A DNA stretch of 64,000 bases. Source: Camelus ferus. Lineage: Eukaryota. Each line of letters starts with the position of its first letter. Positions within the stretch are counted from its first letter, which is position 1. Below, one piece after another: positions 1 through 12,760 of this stretch. Location of the stretch: the NCBI RefSeq assembly GCF_009834535.1, contig NC_045707.1, positions 48,982,001-49,046,000 on the forward strand, read 5' to 3'. The translations under genes were made by a program, and so were the position numbers. Under the pieces are notes generated by a model, which did no database searches, was not told the DNA's origin, and was given only the letters and a program-made list of their open reading frames with translations.

Positions 1-3000
1 TCTTTCTTTAATTTCTAGAGTTTACCCGGTTCTAAGACAAGATGGCATACTTACTATCAAACAACAGAGCTGTACTATTAAATCACACATGCCTGGCTTC
101 TCGATATTAGACCCATAGTCACAGTAATGCATTCACACAAAGCATGCTGGCTTTAAAAGGTTTTATTGTTGAGCCTCCTCGCTTTACTAACATTCCTTCT
201 GAGCCCTTGGATACCATCAAGATTCATCCATTTAATGTCAAGTTAATTTATTAATTTCACAACTCATTCTTAAGGCCAGGGGTCCCTAAGGATGATGCTC
301 TCTTGAAATTAACACTAGACTGATACATAACTATATGGTCATCAAAACTGGAACAACTTAAAACCAATTTGGAACTACCTACAGAGAAAGTGAGAAAAAG
401 AGGTGAGGGTGGGGAAGTAATAAAAAATTTCCTTTCCGAAATAACAGGAGTTAGAAATCTGCATAGCTGTGTATGGAATATATTACTTACATCCATTTTT
501 AAGTCAGTACAGTGAATCATATGGGTGGACGATTTTGCTGGCAGCAAATACAGAACAGCCTTAAGGCAGCAAGTATATGCAAAATAAAAAGTCCAAGGGG
601 AACATAGTAATGGTTACATATGGGCACCAGCCTTAAGACTGTTACGGTGAGACCAAAAACAGTATCAATTTTAAAAATTAATACTTGTTAAATTAAACAT
701 GCTTTACAAAAATTTTTTTAATGAGAGCCAAAATACTATGAATTCATTGATATTGGCAACTATGACAAGATAAAATTTTAAAAGAAGCATACAACCAAAA
801 GTAATAAAAATAGAAATATATTTCTAACCGTGTTTATAGAGTCCCCGAACATTAAAGAAAGGAAAGGTGGTGAAAAGTGGGGGAAATCTCTATTTTAAGC
901 ATATATGAATACATTATGTAACTACTGAAGGATTGAAATTTTTAAATTTGCATATAGTGTCACTTGCCAGAAGCAGATATTTTATGCATAACCACAGATG
1001 GAAGCTGTTAGCTGAGATTTTGTCTTTAGTTTATCATCGTCATTAGATATTAATTGGAATAGATTGGTATCTACCTGCCGGCTTTCACAAGAAGAAAAGT
1101 ACAAAGTGAATCAGTTTTCAGATCACAGTTCAACTGGGTATAAGGAGAACAAGACACATTATGGGAAATATTCGGCACATATTCTTTAATGTTAAATTGG
1201 CTATACTTGATTTATTGCAGAGTGTTTAAAGAGAAAATCTGATACTCCAAGAAGCGAAAGTCAGGAATGTGTAAGAGATGAGAATTCACCATGCTCTTGT
1301 ACCAGATCTGAGATAATCCTCCTGAAAATCTACCAAAATGGAGGCAAGAGAGAAAACTGGCTCCAACATTTCAAAACTAAGCTCCCTCCCTCTGAATTTT
1401 AGCAACCTCAGAAATGTTTGCAAATTGAAATTTACAAACATCCTTTGTTAAGGATTTGTTCACATTATAGTATGTATTATGTATATTCATTGTATTCACA
1501 TATTGGAAGACAGAATGCTTTTTGAGAAGACTGCCCTATGCCTCAGCTTTTACCTTCAGAGTGTTTAGTGTCTTCTATTTATTATCTGATATTTAAACAA
1601 TCTCAGTGTAATGGGAAGGGGATTTAGGATTTTTAAGAATTTAAAAGAATGAAAATTAATGCACAATAAGTGGAGAAGGAGGATATGTTACTGTTATTTG
1701 GCTTCTGGTTTTACATAGTTACTTGAAGGAATTTGCTTCAGAAAGTCTAGATTCTGACCCCAGTTCCATCACTTTCATGCACGTCAATGCCGTTTCTTTA
1801 GTCTGCGTCATTTAGATGCTAAATTCTATACATCTCAAGGTTCTTAGGAGGATCCAGTGAGATCATAAACTATGACGCATCATTCAGACTGCATGTGAAA
1901 AATCATTTCTCGAGCCTTATGCCCAGGTTGGAGAAGAGATAGGAGAGAAGAGTACAGTCAGAACAAGGAGCATTGCTCCAGATTATGGGGGGAGGAGAGA
2001 CGACAGAGAGAAGAAAACTCTCACACACCACTTGTCATCAAAGTGCCATTTTCCAAATGGCTTCTTCTTTCTTCCTCTGGCAGGAGTTGACACAGATAGA
2101 CCAAAATTCATTTTTCATTTCCTTGAGGGTAGGTGTGGGTAAATGTAGTTCTTAAAGAGAGAAGGCAGAGAAGCATGATCAATTGACGTATTTAGGAAGC
2201 TTCTCTGGTCAAATCTGCCTACAGGGAGAAAACAATGAGCAATTCTGGCAGTTCTATACACCTCTCAAATGTAAGTTCTTTGCAATGAACTTTGCAATGA
2301 ATAAAGTAAAGCAATGGATTCCTTTTATACAATAATATAAATAATCATCACCTAATTTTTTCCAAAGCTTAAGTTTTTGAACATTGGCTTTATTAAATGA
2401 ACCAAAAAGTATCAAGTGTATTCTTGGTATGACTGGTCAGTAAGTGAGAGAGAGAGACTAAAGGAGATTAAGGACAGCCTCTCCTTGAAGAATTTGCAAT
2501 CCTTTTTAGAAAAAAAGACAAACATACAGACAACAAACAAAATGAAAGTCACACAAAGCTATATATATTACTTTCCAAGCACCAAATTATATGATATTGG
2601 GTCTGGCATGCCAGAAATATGAAAGGAAAAGATAAGATAAGTCAAAGAACTCTGGACCATGTAATTCCTAAAACAGGGAAGGAACTTATAAATCATCTAC
2701 ATAAACCCTTGTTTTATATACAAAGAGACTTCAAGCTCATAATGTGGCTAAAGTTAAAAGTGACCCAGAACTGGAATCATTATTTTCAACATCTTAGGCA
2801 CCTAAACAAACTGACCTTGGCAGTGAAAGATGAGCAGGCTTTGGATAACGAGAAGAATGAGGGTTTTAGGCAAGCAGTGGTGTAAACTGTTGATAGAATA
2901 GTTCTAGGGACTATCTTGTATCACATCAATAGATCTATTATGCAAGTAGTTTTACTGATTTAAGGTTTTACTGATATTAAAAAGAACTTTAACACGTTGC

Positions 3001-4399
3001 AAAGCCCTCAAATAAATATTTTCTAGATTACAAAATGAGGATTATTTGACCATGCAAAGAAAGCTATTTTATGCTTTTATCTTTTACAAACCTGTAAGAG
3101 TAGATGACAGAAACATTAGTAGCCTTACAACCAATGTTTTTGACTGAGGAAAAATGATTGTGAATTATATGTTTGGAGATTGAACTTCCAACCCTCAGTC
3201 TACCACAAATAGGCAGTACAACCTTAATATTATCATCTGAAAAAAAGGGGTAGATAATCTCAGATTCCCTGAGTCACCATTCAGACTTTATGAATGGAAA
3301 TTTGTTTGGATGACAGAGAAGAGTCACTTGTGAGCTAATATTTGAAGAAAGAACAATGCAATAGAAATCTTAAATCCTTACTTTTTCTCTTTGGTTTTAA
3401 TTGTTTAAATTACCACAACTTTGACACTGCTTTCATTGATTTTTCTATTGATTCAGGAAACATTTATTTAGCACATACTCCAGATCAAACATTGTGAAAT
3501 GTACTAAAAATATGGAGCTGAAAGGCAGTCATTTCATTAAATAAAGGGATAATTAAGGTATAAAAAGGGCATCTTTTATGATCTATTATACCTAAGCTAC
3601 CTTAGATGTAATTTAATTTAATTCTCATAAAAATCTATAAATTATTACATTTATAGAAGAGGAACTGAAACAGTACCTAGTATAAAGTCACACAAAGCTA
3701 GAGAGAAGAAATGTATGACATATAATGCAAACAGAAAAATGGTTTTATATTTTTTAAAAAGTCTTTGAAAAGGTCATCTTCATATTCTCATCTAATGTTG
3801 CATTCAAACTTACGAAATTTACAAATGCAATTTAAACTTTTCAAAAAATTCACCGAAAACGGTTCACACAAAGAAATGTTTATATTTAAATGAACTATCT
3901 GAAAATAAACAAGTGCATTTTACTTATTCTCCCAACTGTTTTTTGGAGAGACTTCTGCTTAGGGAAGTGAGTAAGCTCTCACAGTGCACTGTATAAATGG
4001 AAACTATTCATTTATACATTTAAAAAAAAAACACAAAGAAAAATAGAATAGTGACTGCAAGTTTAATTAGCACGTAAGCTGTTTAGCCTTTGGTCCTGTG
4101 CTCTGACTGACAAACTCTTAGTCATCCTTGAAGACCCATCTCAAATGCATCCCCTATTCAATTGTCAACACATTTTATTATGAGTCATATTGCTGTGTTA
4201 GATGATGAAAAAAACAAGATGAAAAGATAAGTTCCTTGACCTCAAGATGCTACTGTTCTATAAAAGAGAGCGATATCAAGAAAATAATTAAAATATAATG
4301 CAGAAGTTGCTTGAGTCTTATGTATTAGTTGGGGGAAAAAAGCTACTTTTAATTACCCAAATATGAATACTTAACATAAGGAAATATAAGTTAAAAATT

Positions 4400-4803
4400 A
4401 TTGGGCGGTCTGGTAGACATTCTCCTTCAAAAAACTTCTGCAGCTATTTGGGTTTGCAAACAGCTTCCAGCTGTCAGCTCTTTAAGGTCTGTTTCAGTTT
4501 CGAGGCCCAACTCCACCCTCACCCAAGGTCATGCCATACCTAGAAAAGCCACCTCTGGTACCTGAGCCAAGAGTGGTTATACAGCTGAGCTATTTTAACC
4601 CAATGTAGAACACCTTTGATAATCAACAACCCCTCCAGATCTCCCTAGCAACTTGGCTAAAACTGTTTCAGGTCATTGTCACAACCTGACTTTTATTTTC
4701 CCTATATTGCTTCTTCCCTTGTCCTTGCACAGTGGATCTGTGATAAACATCTCACATCCCAAATACAGTCTCAGTGTTTGATTCTGGAAAATCCCTACCT
4801 GGA
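4400..4803 (+). mobile_element. ERVL solo LTR, LTR16-like (LTR16C-like), decayed
   Basis: Resembles recalled LTR16 motifs (cagctgtcagctc...cccaaggtcatgcc...; 3' end ataaacatctcacat...tctcagtgtttgattctggaaaatccctacct). Boundaries approximate. Confidence 0.6.
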
Positions 4804-5000
4804 TAGAAGGACTGGGGCAATGAAAATTTGCTGCAGAGGATGTCGGTGGGCAACACCAAAGCCTGCTTTTCTGTCTTCATATCCCCATTGACACTGCTCT
4901 GAAAAAGTTACTAATGACTTCCTGAATCCAACGAGCTTCTTCCAGTCCTGTATTTAACTTGGTGATCATTCCTTTTTCTCAAAACTCTCTCTTCCCTTGC

Positions 5001-5215
5001 AAGGGTGGTTAAGTGTGTGGATTATAAACTCAGACTCCAGTCCCATCTCTGCTATCCATCAACTGTGAGACATTCGGTGCTTTAGTTAGTCTCTCTGTGC
5101 CTCAGTTTCCAGTCTATAAAATGGTGTTAATCATGGTACTGACTTCACAAAGCTGTTGTGAAGATTAAATGTTTAGATGAGTGCCTGTCACATAGTAATC
5201 ACTATATGTGTCCTT
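5001..5215 (+). mobile_element. MIR SINE nested in L2
   Basis: MIR core tctctgtgcctcagtttccagtctataaaatgg...gttgtgaagattaaatg...gtgcctgtcacatagtaa. Confidence 0.85.
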
Positions 5216-6139
5216 TTACTTATATCCTGTTACACTACTGTATCTGTTTCTCCTTCTTCCTCTCTGACAGTTCCTTCTAAGCCCATTCCCTTTCTCTTTC
5301 GTGGTGCCCCAGTCACTACCTTAAATCTTGATGCTATCTTTCTTTGACTTTCTTTTTTTTATTTAAACCATCTGACAAATGTTTAGTTTAAGTCCAGACT
5401 TCTCCTGAGTAGCAGATTCATATTTTCAACTCTCTGCTGAATACCTACATCTTAATGTCCATAGGCATTGAAACTCAACATATCTTAATTTATCTTTCAC
5501 CTTTCTCTCAAAAAAGAACACAAGACAAGACAAAGTGAATGGTACCACTGAACATATGTATACTTAAGTGTCCAAGTCAAAAGAATAGAAATAATTCCTA
5601 ACATTTTTCTCCTCTGATATTTGTTTTTTCCTGAGAGCATACAGAGTTAAATATATATATATATATATTCCTTAGCATCCTTTGGATTTCTCCCCTCCTC
5701 TCTATATTCACTGCTAGTCCCATTTCCTTAATTTATTTTTAAAAATCTTTTGTTTGTTTATGTTTTTGCAGTATTACAAACATCATTGGCTCCTAACTGG
5801 TCATCCTTAGTCTAATCAATCAATCACTTTCTCCAATCCATTCCCCATACTGTAGTCTGCACGAGTTTTTCTGAAATGAACATCTCTTCCTGTCACTCTC
5901 TTACTTCAAGTTCTTTGTTTGTTCACCTATATCCTTGAGATTGAAAAATATTTAAGTCTTTTATATGGCATAAAATACCCTTCATAACCTATCCCATATT
6001 AACAGCTCCATCATTTTAGTTAACCTTCCAACTCTATGCTCCAATCAATTTAAAGAACTTATAGTTCTCCAAGGGCCATTCAATCATTTACATATATTCT
6101 TCTATTCACCTGAAATACTACTTCTACCATCAACTCTCC

Positions 6140-6573
6140 CGTATCAGTTTACTTCAGTATTTGTTGAACAACCACAAAGTCTGAGTAGTATTTATTTACA
6201 CAACTGGGATCCAGCTAGGAGTTAGTTTACTTAGGCCGGGCTTTTCTCTCTGGGCTTGCCTCTCATCCTTCTCCCTGGGCTTGTGGGCTGTCCTGCAGGC
6301 ATGTTCTTCCACGGTGATGGCAGAAGTGGGAAAGAGGATGTGGAAACATGAAAGACCCCTTATGGTACAGCTTGGAACTGCACTACCATAAATTCTGCCT
6401 ATAATGGCCAAAATAAATTACATGTAGATATCCAGAGTCAGTGGCGGGGGCTGGGGATGGAGAATATATCCTGCCACTTTTGTGGGAGGAATGGAAAGTA
6501 ATACGGCCAAAGGTGTGAGTATGGGGAGGAGTGCATTTTTGGAGGGGCCAGTACTGCAACTGACAATACCTCA
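6140..6573 (-). mobile_element. MLT1 (MaLR) solo LTR, MLT1H-like, nested in L2
   Basis: ggcatgttcttccacggtgatggcagaag...cttggaactgcac...tgggaggaatggaaagt...aaaggtgtg; ends atacctca; L2 sequence resumes on both sides. Confidence 0.75.
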
Positions 6574-6914
6574 CCCCCTGCTTGGTCTGTTGGTTCTGCA
6601 GGTTGCATTTCAGCCATCGCCTCTTCCAGATGTCCTCACCTGACTTTAGCTTGCTTTTGGTGCTCCTCTGTGCTTCCCTAGTTGCCTGTGCATGCCTATA
6701 TTTGTCATCACAGGCAACTTTGTAATTGTGACTTCCAGTATCTATCTTTTTTTCTTTCTATTATACTGAAGATTCCTTGAGGGTAACAATTGTGTTTTGA
6801 ATTTATTTCCACCCATTCATCTAGAACATATGTATTGAATAATGGTTTACTGTATTACTGAATACCTGAATACATAAGTGACTGAATGAAAGAGTGAATG
6901 AATGAATATTGCAA

Positions 6915-7130
6915 GGAAAAGGTGGTAATGGCCTGAACCAGAGCAGTGTCAGTGAGAATAGAGAATAGGTAATTAATGTAAGCCATGTTTAGGAGGTACA
7001 ATTATCTGATCTCGGTGACTAATTATAGGAGAAAGGGTAGTAAAGGTAAACAAGACATTTGGGATATCTCACAGATATAGGGTAGAGCAATTGAGAAAAT
7101 TAAGGGCCATTCACCAGGATAAAAAAAATA
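6915..7130 (-). mobile_element. L2 fragment
   Basis: ggtaatggcctgaaccagagcagtgtcagtgagaatagaga...tttaggaggta, typical antisense L2 sequence. Confidence 0.55.
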
Positions 7131-7567
7131 GAAGGAAAGCAAATATTGGAAAGGAAAAAACACAGTTTTATATATGATACATAACCCTTTATTTCAAAAT
7201 ATGGGGATCTTACAATTAAACTAGGAGGTATTCCAAATGTACATTTGGAGAAAAATTTTATACATAGTATGGTGTTACACATAGGAATACATATTTCAGA
7301 AGAGACTCACATACTGATAAAAAAGAAAGACAATTCAGCTTAAGATTCTAAGCAGAAGATTCAAGACTTCAAGACTAGTAGTACCTACCATGAGTAATAA
7401 TGGAATATTAGGCAACCCTGAATATCACTGCCACCTCATTTTCCAAATCAGTAAACTGGGGACAAAACTTATATCTCTGATCTGTCTCTAGTTAAAATAA
7501 GACAATAAATTGCAAACCACATAGTCTAGCAAACAACAAATGGCACATGAATATTTTATAACACTCT

Positions 7568-7795
7568 ATCACAGTTTCTCAATCTCAGTTGACATTTTGA
7601 GCTAGACCATTCTTTGTTGGAGGTAGGGAGGGTTGTCCTGTGCATTTTAGAATGTTTAATAGCATCTCTGGCTTTTATCCACTAGATGCCAGTAGCATCC
7701 CTGATTGTTACAAGAAAGAATGTCTCCAGACATTAGAGGATGTCCCTTGGGGAGGGGAGGTATGCCAAACCACTCCCAGCTGAGAACCATCACTG
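7568..7795 (-). mobile_element. MER20 (hAT-Charlie non-autonomous DNA transposon), near full length
   Basis: Strong similarity to recalled MER20: tttctcaatctcag..tgacatttt...gtcctgtgcatt...ccactagatgccagtagca...aatgtctccagacatt...tgagaacca. Confidence 0.9.
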
Positions 7796-7869
7796 TATCT
7801 GAACTTATACATAGGAGGTAGATGGCAGCTGTAGTCCATTTTAGGTGGCAAGGGGATTTCAAAATATAG

Positions 7870-7877
<8 letters not shown>

Positions 7878-7902
<25 letters not shown>
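7878..7902. repeat. poly(T) run, 25 nt
   Basis: Directly visible homopolymer. Confidence 0.95.
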
Positions 7903-9174
7903 GTGGATAGTTCACACAGGTGAACTGAAGAAACTGACCTACATTTCCAAAGCAGAAAGTAGGTAGTATATCTTTCTTCTCCTCTCTTTTTCCATTTCCT
8001 GAACATGAGTTCTAAAGCTACCATTCACAGGTTCCAGGTCTACAGGTCACTCTTTAAAGCTAGAATATTAATTTCTGGGCTTCCATAAGAATTTTTTCCC
8101 AGAATGAGAAAAAGTCAGTCCTCCAACTACTTAAGCCTAAACTCTATTTTCCACTATTATCTTCCAAGAAATTAATCTCTTGGATGTCTCCTGCTCTGTG
8201 TAAGGCAAGTTTGCACAGTTCCTAGAGATTACTAGTATCTTTAATTGGTTTGCATGACTGATGACCTTTCTAATGTAAGCACTGAAATTCTTCCATGGCT
8301 TTTAAGGTTTAAGAAGTCAGAAGCCTCTTTAAAATGGAGAGTGGAGGGAGGATTCTAAGAGATAAGAAATTAGAAAAATTTGAAAAAAATGGATTTTTCA
8401 AAATGATAATATGTTTCTTCTGGAAATTCAGAGACATAAAAAGAAGAAAGATAAGCTTAAAGCACAGTGAGCCATGATATTTATTATTCAGACAGTATTT
8501 TTGTTAAAATATTTTGTGGATTCAGGGTAAACAGCATGATCTAGTCAGAGAAACACATTTTTACTTTAAATTATCTTGTCATCCTAAGTCAAACAAAATG
8601 GTCGAGCCAATAGTATATTGTTATTTTACCCTAGACTGGTTCTTACATGCAAATAAGTCAGTGAAAAATAAGATTCCAGTTTTCTGGCAAAATATCTTCC
8701 AAGTACAATATTTTCTTGGGAGAGAAGTTTCCAAAAAAAGACATGTGCTCTGATGGGCAGAAATTGGAGTCAGGCAGTGTGGGAGTACCTAAAAGAACAC
8801 TTAGACCCAGACAGAGGGTAGGGAGGAAACAGTGGATGGCTTTCTTTATTAGATCATGCTTTGAAATCAAATCTACTGCTCAGGACTCCTTTTTTTCCTA
8901 TAAGAGCAAACCCATCCCTGCACCCCCCACCCCAAATTGGATCCCCAAACATCCAAGTCCTGGAATAAGAAAGTCACTCCTAATTATCTTTTGCCAAGAT
9001 CTCTACTGACTCAAGACTGAATATAAATTCCCAGATAGGGAAAATCTTCCACTTGAAACTATGGGTGGTAACTGTGGGTATCACAAGTGTTTGATAGCAT
9101 ATTATGAATGTTTTCCACTTATTCTATTTCACCCTATGAATAACCCCTCTTGTCTGGTATAGAAAAACTTAATA

Positions 9175-9310
9175 ATTTGAGTTTTGCCTGTGAGACATCT
9201 AGATGGAGATGCAAGTTGATAGTTAAATATTTGACTCTAGAACTCAGGAGAGAGTCTGCACAAAAGAAAACTATTTGGAAGCAGTAAATCCATAGGCAGT
9301 AGTTTTAACA
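9175..9310 (-). mobile_element. L2 fragment
   Basis: gcctgtgagacatctagatggagatg...ctagaactcaggagagagtctg...atttggaagcag. Confidence 0.65.
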
Positions 9311-10714
9311 CAACTTTCAATATTTTTCTCTTTCCAATTTTTGTTTGCCCATAGGCAGATAACAAAACAGGTAGAGAAAATTTCTGTCTATAGATGACAT
9401 GGTTTTTGCTTTTCTTATTCTGACATAGTTTTTCATTGCACCTGAGCAGAAAAAAAAAACCAAGATTATTAAAGGATTAGATTAATGTAAATTATGCTTA
9501 GAAGAAAAAGGTAATAAATAGACTTAGAGAATAACATTTTCACAGAAACTCAACAAATTAAAATTTAAAAAAAAAACTTACTAAAACCTTAAAAGCAACA
9601 TTCACTTGCAAAATTTCATCTTGTAACACTGCTAGTTTCTGCAGAACTCATGAATAAGCCATCAATTAGCACTATTACTGAAATAATGCATATGTATAAT
9701 TTAATGTTTAGAAAATCACTACCAGGTTAATCTCTGAATAATTATTTCGGTGACAGAGTTGGAAACATCCACTTCATGTGACTTTTGACCTTTAGGTTTT
9801 AGACTCAAGCTTTGGAATTGTTTGTTTTTTGTTTTTTGTTTTTTCCATCAAACTTGATGGTTCTCCTAAAATTAAGGTTTTGCTTTAAGGTAAACATTAT
9901 CACCTTCAAGATCATTTTATGATTTTAATTGCATATTTTATTGCTCAGTTTAGACTGGAGTCTTCCATTTCAAAAATTAATTTTTGAATTTTCAATTGAT
10001 TGTAAAAATGATATAGAAGCAGGAGGGGGAGTTCTGGACAATCCCTGGGTTGTAGGATTTCAAGTTTCTGTTTAGGTGGGTTCCTATATTTAATGAAATC
10101 AGCTTGCAGTACTGCTCATTTTGGGATGCCTCTGATCTATGAAGTGGAGGAATTTAGACATACTTAAAAATCAGTTCTACTTTGTGTACCGAAAAGCAGG
10201 TTGATATTGCTAAAGGGATGCAGTAGCAGAGAGATAACTGAGCCTTTTCATCTTTTGCATCATTTTGGCAGAAATCACTTTAGAATGAAATGTTTGCTTC
10301 ATTCTAAAAGCTGATAATTATAATTCACCCTGCATGCATACACTTAACACTTGAATTTACTAAAGAATATAGTATATTACATTCCACATTAGATTCCATC
10401 TCTCTCTTGTTTGAGTGCCTCACACTGCAAACAATTTTTGAATGTCCTATCAATCCTTTTACATTTATATCTCCTTCACCATAGAGTGTTTTGAGAATAA
10501 ACCTTAGTCCATGAACAAAACAAAAATCACAGAGGCTCTGACCAAAGATGCAAAGTGAAATGGAGAGTTGAGAAATTATTCAATGAATTCAATCCCCCCA
10601 ATACACCATTTCTTCAGAAGCAGATAGTCCGCCTGCCCTCTTTCCCGTCTTCTTCTCCCCAAACTTGCACCCAAGTATCTCACTGCCATACTTATTCTTC
10701 TTATGTAACAGTAA

Positions 10715-10965
10715 TAATGATAATATTAATAATACATCACCATCTACTAAGCTCTATAATACAAAATCTTCTGTGCAAAAGCACTTGGTGTATTTTGTCT
10801 CTTTTAATACTGTGAATAACCCTGGAGGTAGATAGTATTTTATAATTAGAAAAACAGTTTCAGAAACGAAATATCTGAATTAAAAGCACAGGTACTAAAC
10901 AGCAGAGCTAGAATTCAACTTAGGTAGGCCTGTCTGCTTCATCCTTCATGGGGTTAACCACCAAT
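10715..10965 (-). mobile_element. MIR SINE
   Basis: aagcacttggtgtattttgtctcttttaatactgtgaataaccctggaggtagatag...gcagagctagaattcaacttagg. Confidence 0.7.
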
Positions 10966-12069
10966 CTACAAGGCATCTCTGAAGGTTCAGGACTCAAAGG
11001 ACTTAAAATAATAGACAAAATATCCAACTTAAATTTTCACAACCTAAAAGAATGCATAGTTTTCTTCTATTCAAAGCATTTTGTGTGTCAGTCTGCATGT
11101 GATTAATTGTGGCCTAATCTGTATGCAAAATATTGATGATTTTACTAAATATTTTTATGTAAAAAAATAATTTCTTATAGTACAATTATATTACATTAGA
11201 CAGCGAGGAAAATCTTTGAGTTATTAGTATGAGGTATAGTACATTTTCTCTCTTTTAATCTTCTCTCTTCAAACTTTGTCACATTTCTAAAATGTATAAT
11301 AAAGTTTATACTGAGAAAAAACTCAAATATCTCAGGTGTGGCCAAGATTCATATGTGTGTGTATGCATATGTGTATATATATTTCACATATATAAATAAT
11401 GTACATACACATTTATGAACCTATCTGTTGTATATAGCTGGTATCATATTTTCTTTAAGGAATATTTTTAAAATCAAAAGAGCATTAGATATTATGAAAA
11501 TAAGAAAAATTAGAAAATCAATACTCTAGTACAGTCCTAGGCATTAAAATAGAGTAAAAAAATAAAAAACCCAGAAAAAAACCAAAAACCATAAAACCCA
11601 AAAAGCAAACAAACAAAAATCCGTAACTGTGGGAAAAAAGAGGAAAATAATTCTAAAAAGTGAAATTAAAAAAGATGCTACTACCGTGATTTTAAAGTGA
11701 ATATAACTTGTCTCTAACTGCTGATATCAAGTGCTATTTGTTTTTACAGTGAAGCAGAATAATTATCACAACTCTTTTAAGTGTATACAAAAAAGAAAAT
11801 TTGGTTGCAAAAAAATCACCTGATTTTATATTTGGCTTTTACAATCTCATGGTATTTTAATCTTTATTGTCAATCTGGATAGTCTCCGTAAAAAAGGAAA
11901 GAAGGAAAAAGAAAAGATCTTAGCACCTCAGAGTAAATTACTGGAAAGTGATTTGTTTTTTCTTGTTTTGCCTTGAAGAAGTACTGTGCTCTAAAACGTT
12001 TTCATGTAAACAGGAACAATCCTCCCCCTCTCTCCATTCACTCCCTTATTCCTCCTTCCTTTCAATAAT

Positions 12070-12760
12070 ACTAACTCGTGTACTGTGAACCAGCACAGTC
12101 TACAGTAACCGCCACGGTTTTTGCAGCAGGAAGTTGTGGCGTGAATACGCACAGGTGATGTCTAACTTCCCACTCCTCCTCAAAACCACTGATTCCAAAG
12201 CTCTGGGACCATCTTTCAGCTGGAAGCTGAATTGATTAAATACTGATCATAGATTACTTCTGCTGTAGCAAAGACTTCTGTTTGTTTCTATTTTTAAGTC
12301 AAATGAGGGTAAAGCTTCTAAATGCTGATGATTCATTTTCAACATTCGGGCATTACTTTGCAGAACTGTGTTCATTAAGTCTCTCGTTAATGCCAAAGGG
12401 GCTGCAGTGGCCTCCTCCTGAAGGACCACAGTTTGTTATGGCCAAGAACCAAATGATGTCCTGTAGATAATGTAAACTGCATTCTTGTAGTATACGCAGT
12501 GTTGGGAGGGCTTTCTCTGGAGCAATTCTGTCTTGAAAATCAGGAAGCTTTGCGAGCAGGAAAGCAATGCAGGTGACTGCACGTGCTTTTTGGTCTGAAA
12601 CTTGAGTCATTTCTGTACATCTTAGAAGCATTAAAACAACCGGCAGTCCTTCTGAAGGAAATGCCAGGGTTCCAGTAAGAGGAGGCTTGCTGAAAAGAAC
12701 TAAGGTGCAATAGAGAGAGACGTGGCTCCTGCAGAACTTTGTGCTATGACTCATCTACAA
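12070..12760. promoter_or_regulatory. Candidate enhancer or alternative promoter / non-coding exon
   Basis: Non-repetitive, locally raised GC, about a dozen retained CpGs. ETS CAGGAAGT 12127-12134, XRE-type TGGCGTG 12137-12143, GCACGTGC E-box 12579-12586, AP-1 TGAGTCA 12603-12609 and TGACTCA 12747-12753. Possible minus-strand donor CGA|GTTAGT after 12076. Confidence 0.4.

Larger units (their letters stand above)
4885..6908 (+). mobile_element. L2 LINE (RT region to 3' tail), interrupted by a MIR and an MLT1 LTR
   Basis: L2-like segments (aaagttactaatgacttcct; ccagacttctcctgag...aaactcaacatatc; tcctaactggtc...ccaatccattccccatac) ending in a tgaatgaatgaat tail near 6900. Confidence 0.8.

Noticed and set aside
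2545..3700. Exact 17-bp direct repeat aaagtcacacaaagcta (2545-2561, 3684-3700) as a target-site duplication
   Set aside because: The enclosed DNA has no poly(A) tail or single-element identity, and the motif resembles a common MIR segment; likely chance.
9355..9370. Possible 16-nt plus-strand microexon (atag|GCAGATAACAAAACAG|gtagag)
   Set aside because: Weak donor and frame-shifting length; no supporting context.
10279..10308. 11-bp perfect stem with 8-nt loop
   Set aside because: AT-rich and short; plausible by chance in 64 kb.
12247..12754. Overlapping 133-aa and 60-aa minus-strand ORFs as a gene
   Set aside because: No recognisable homology or exon structure; ORF length is explained by locally higher GC.
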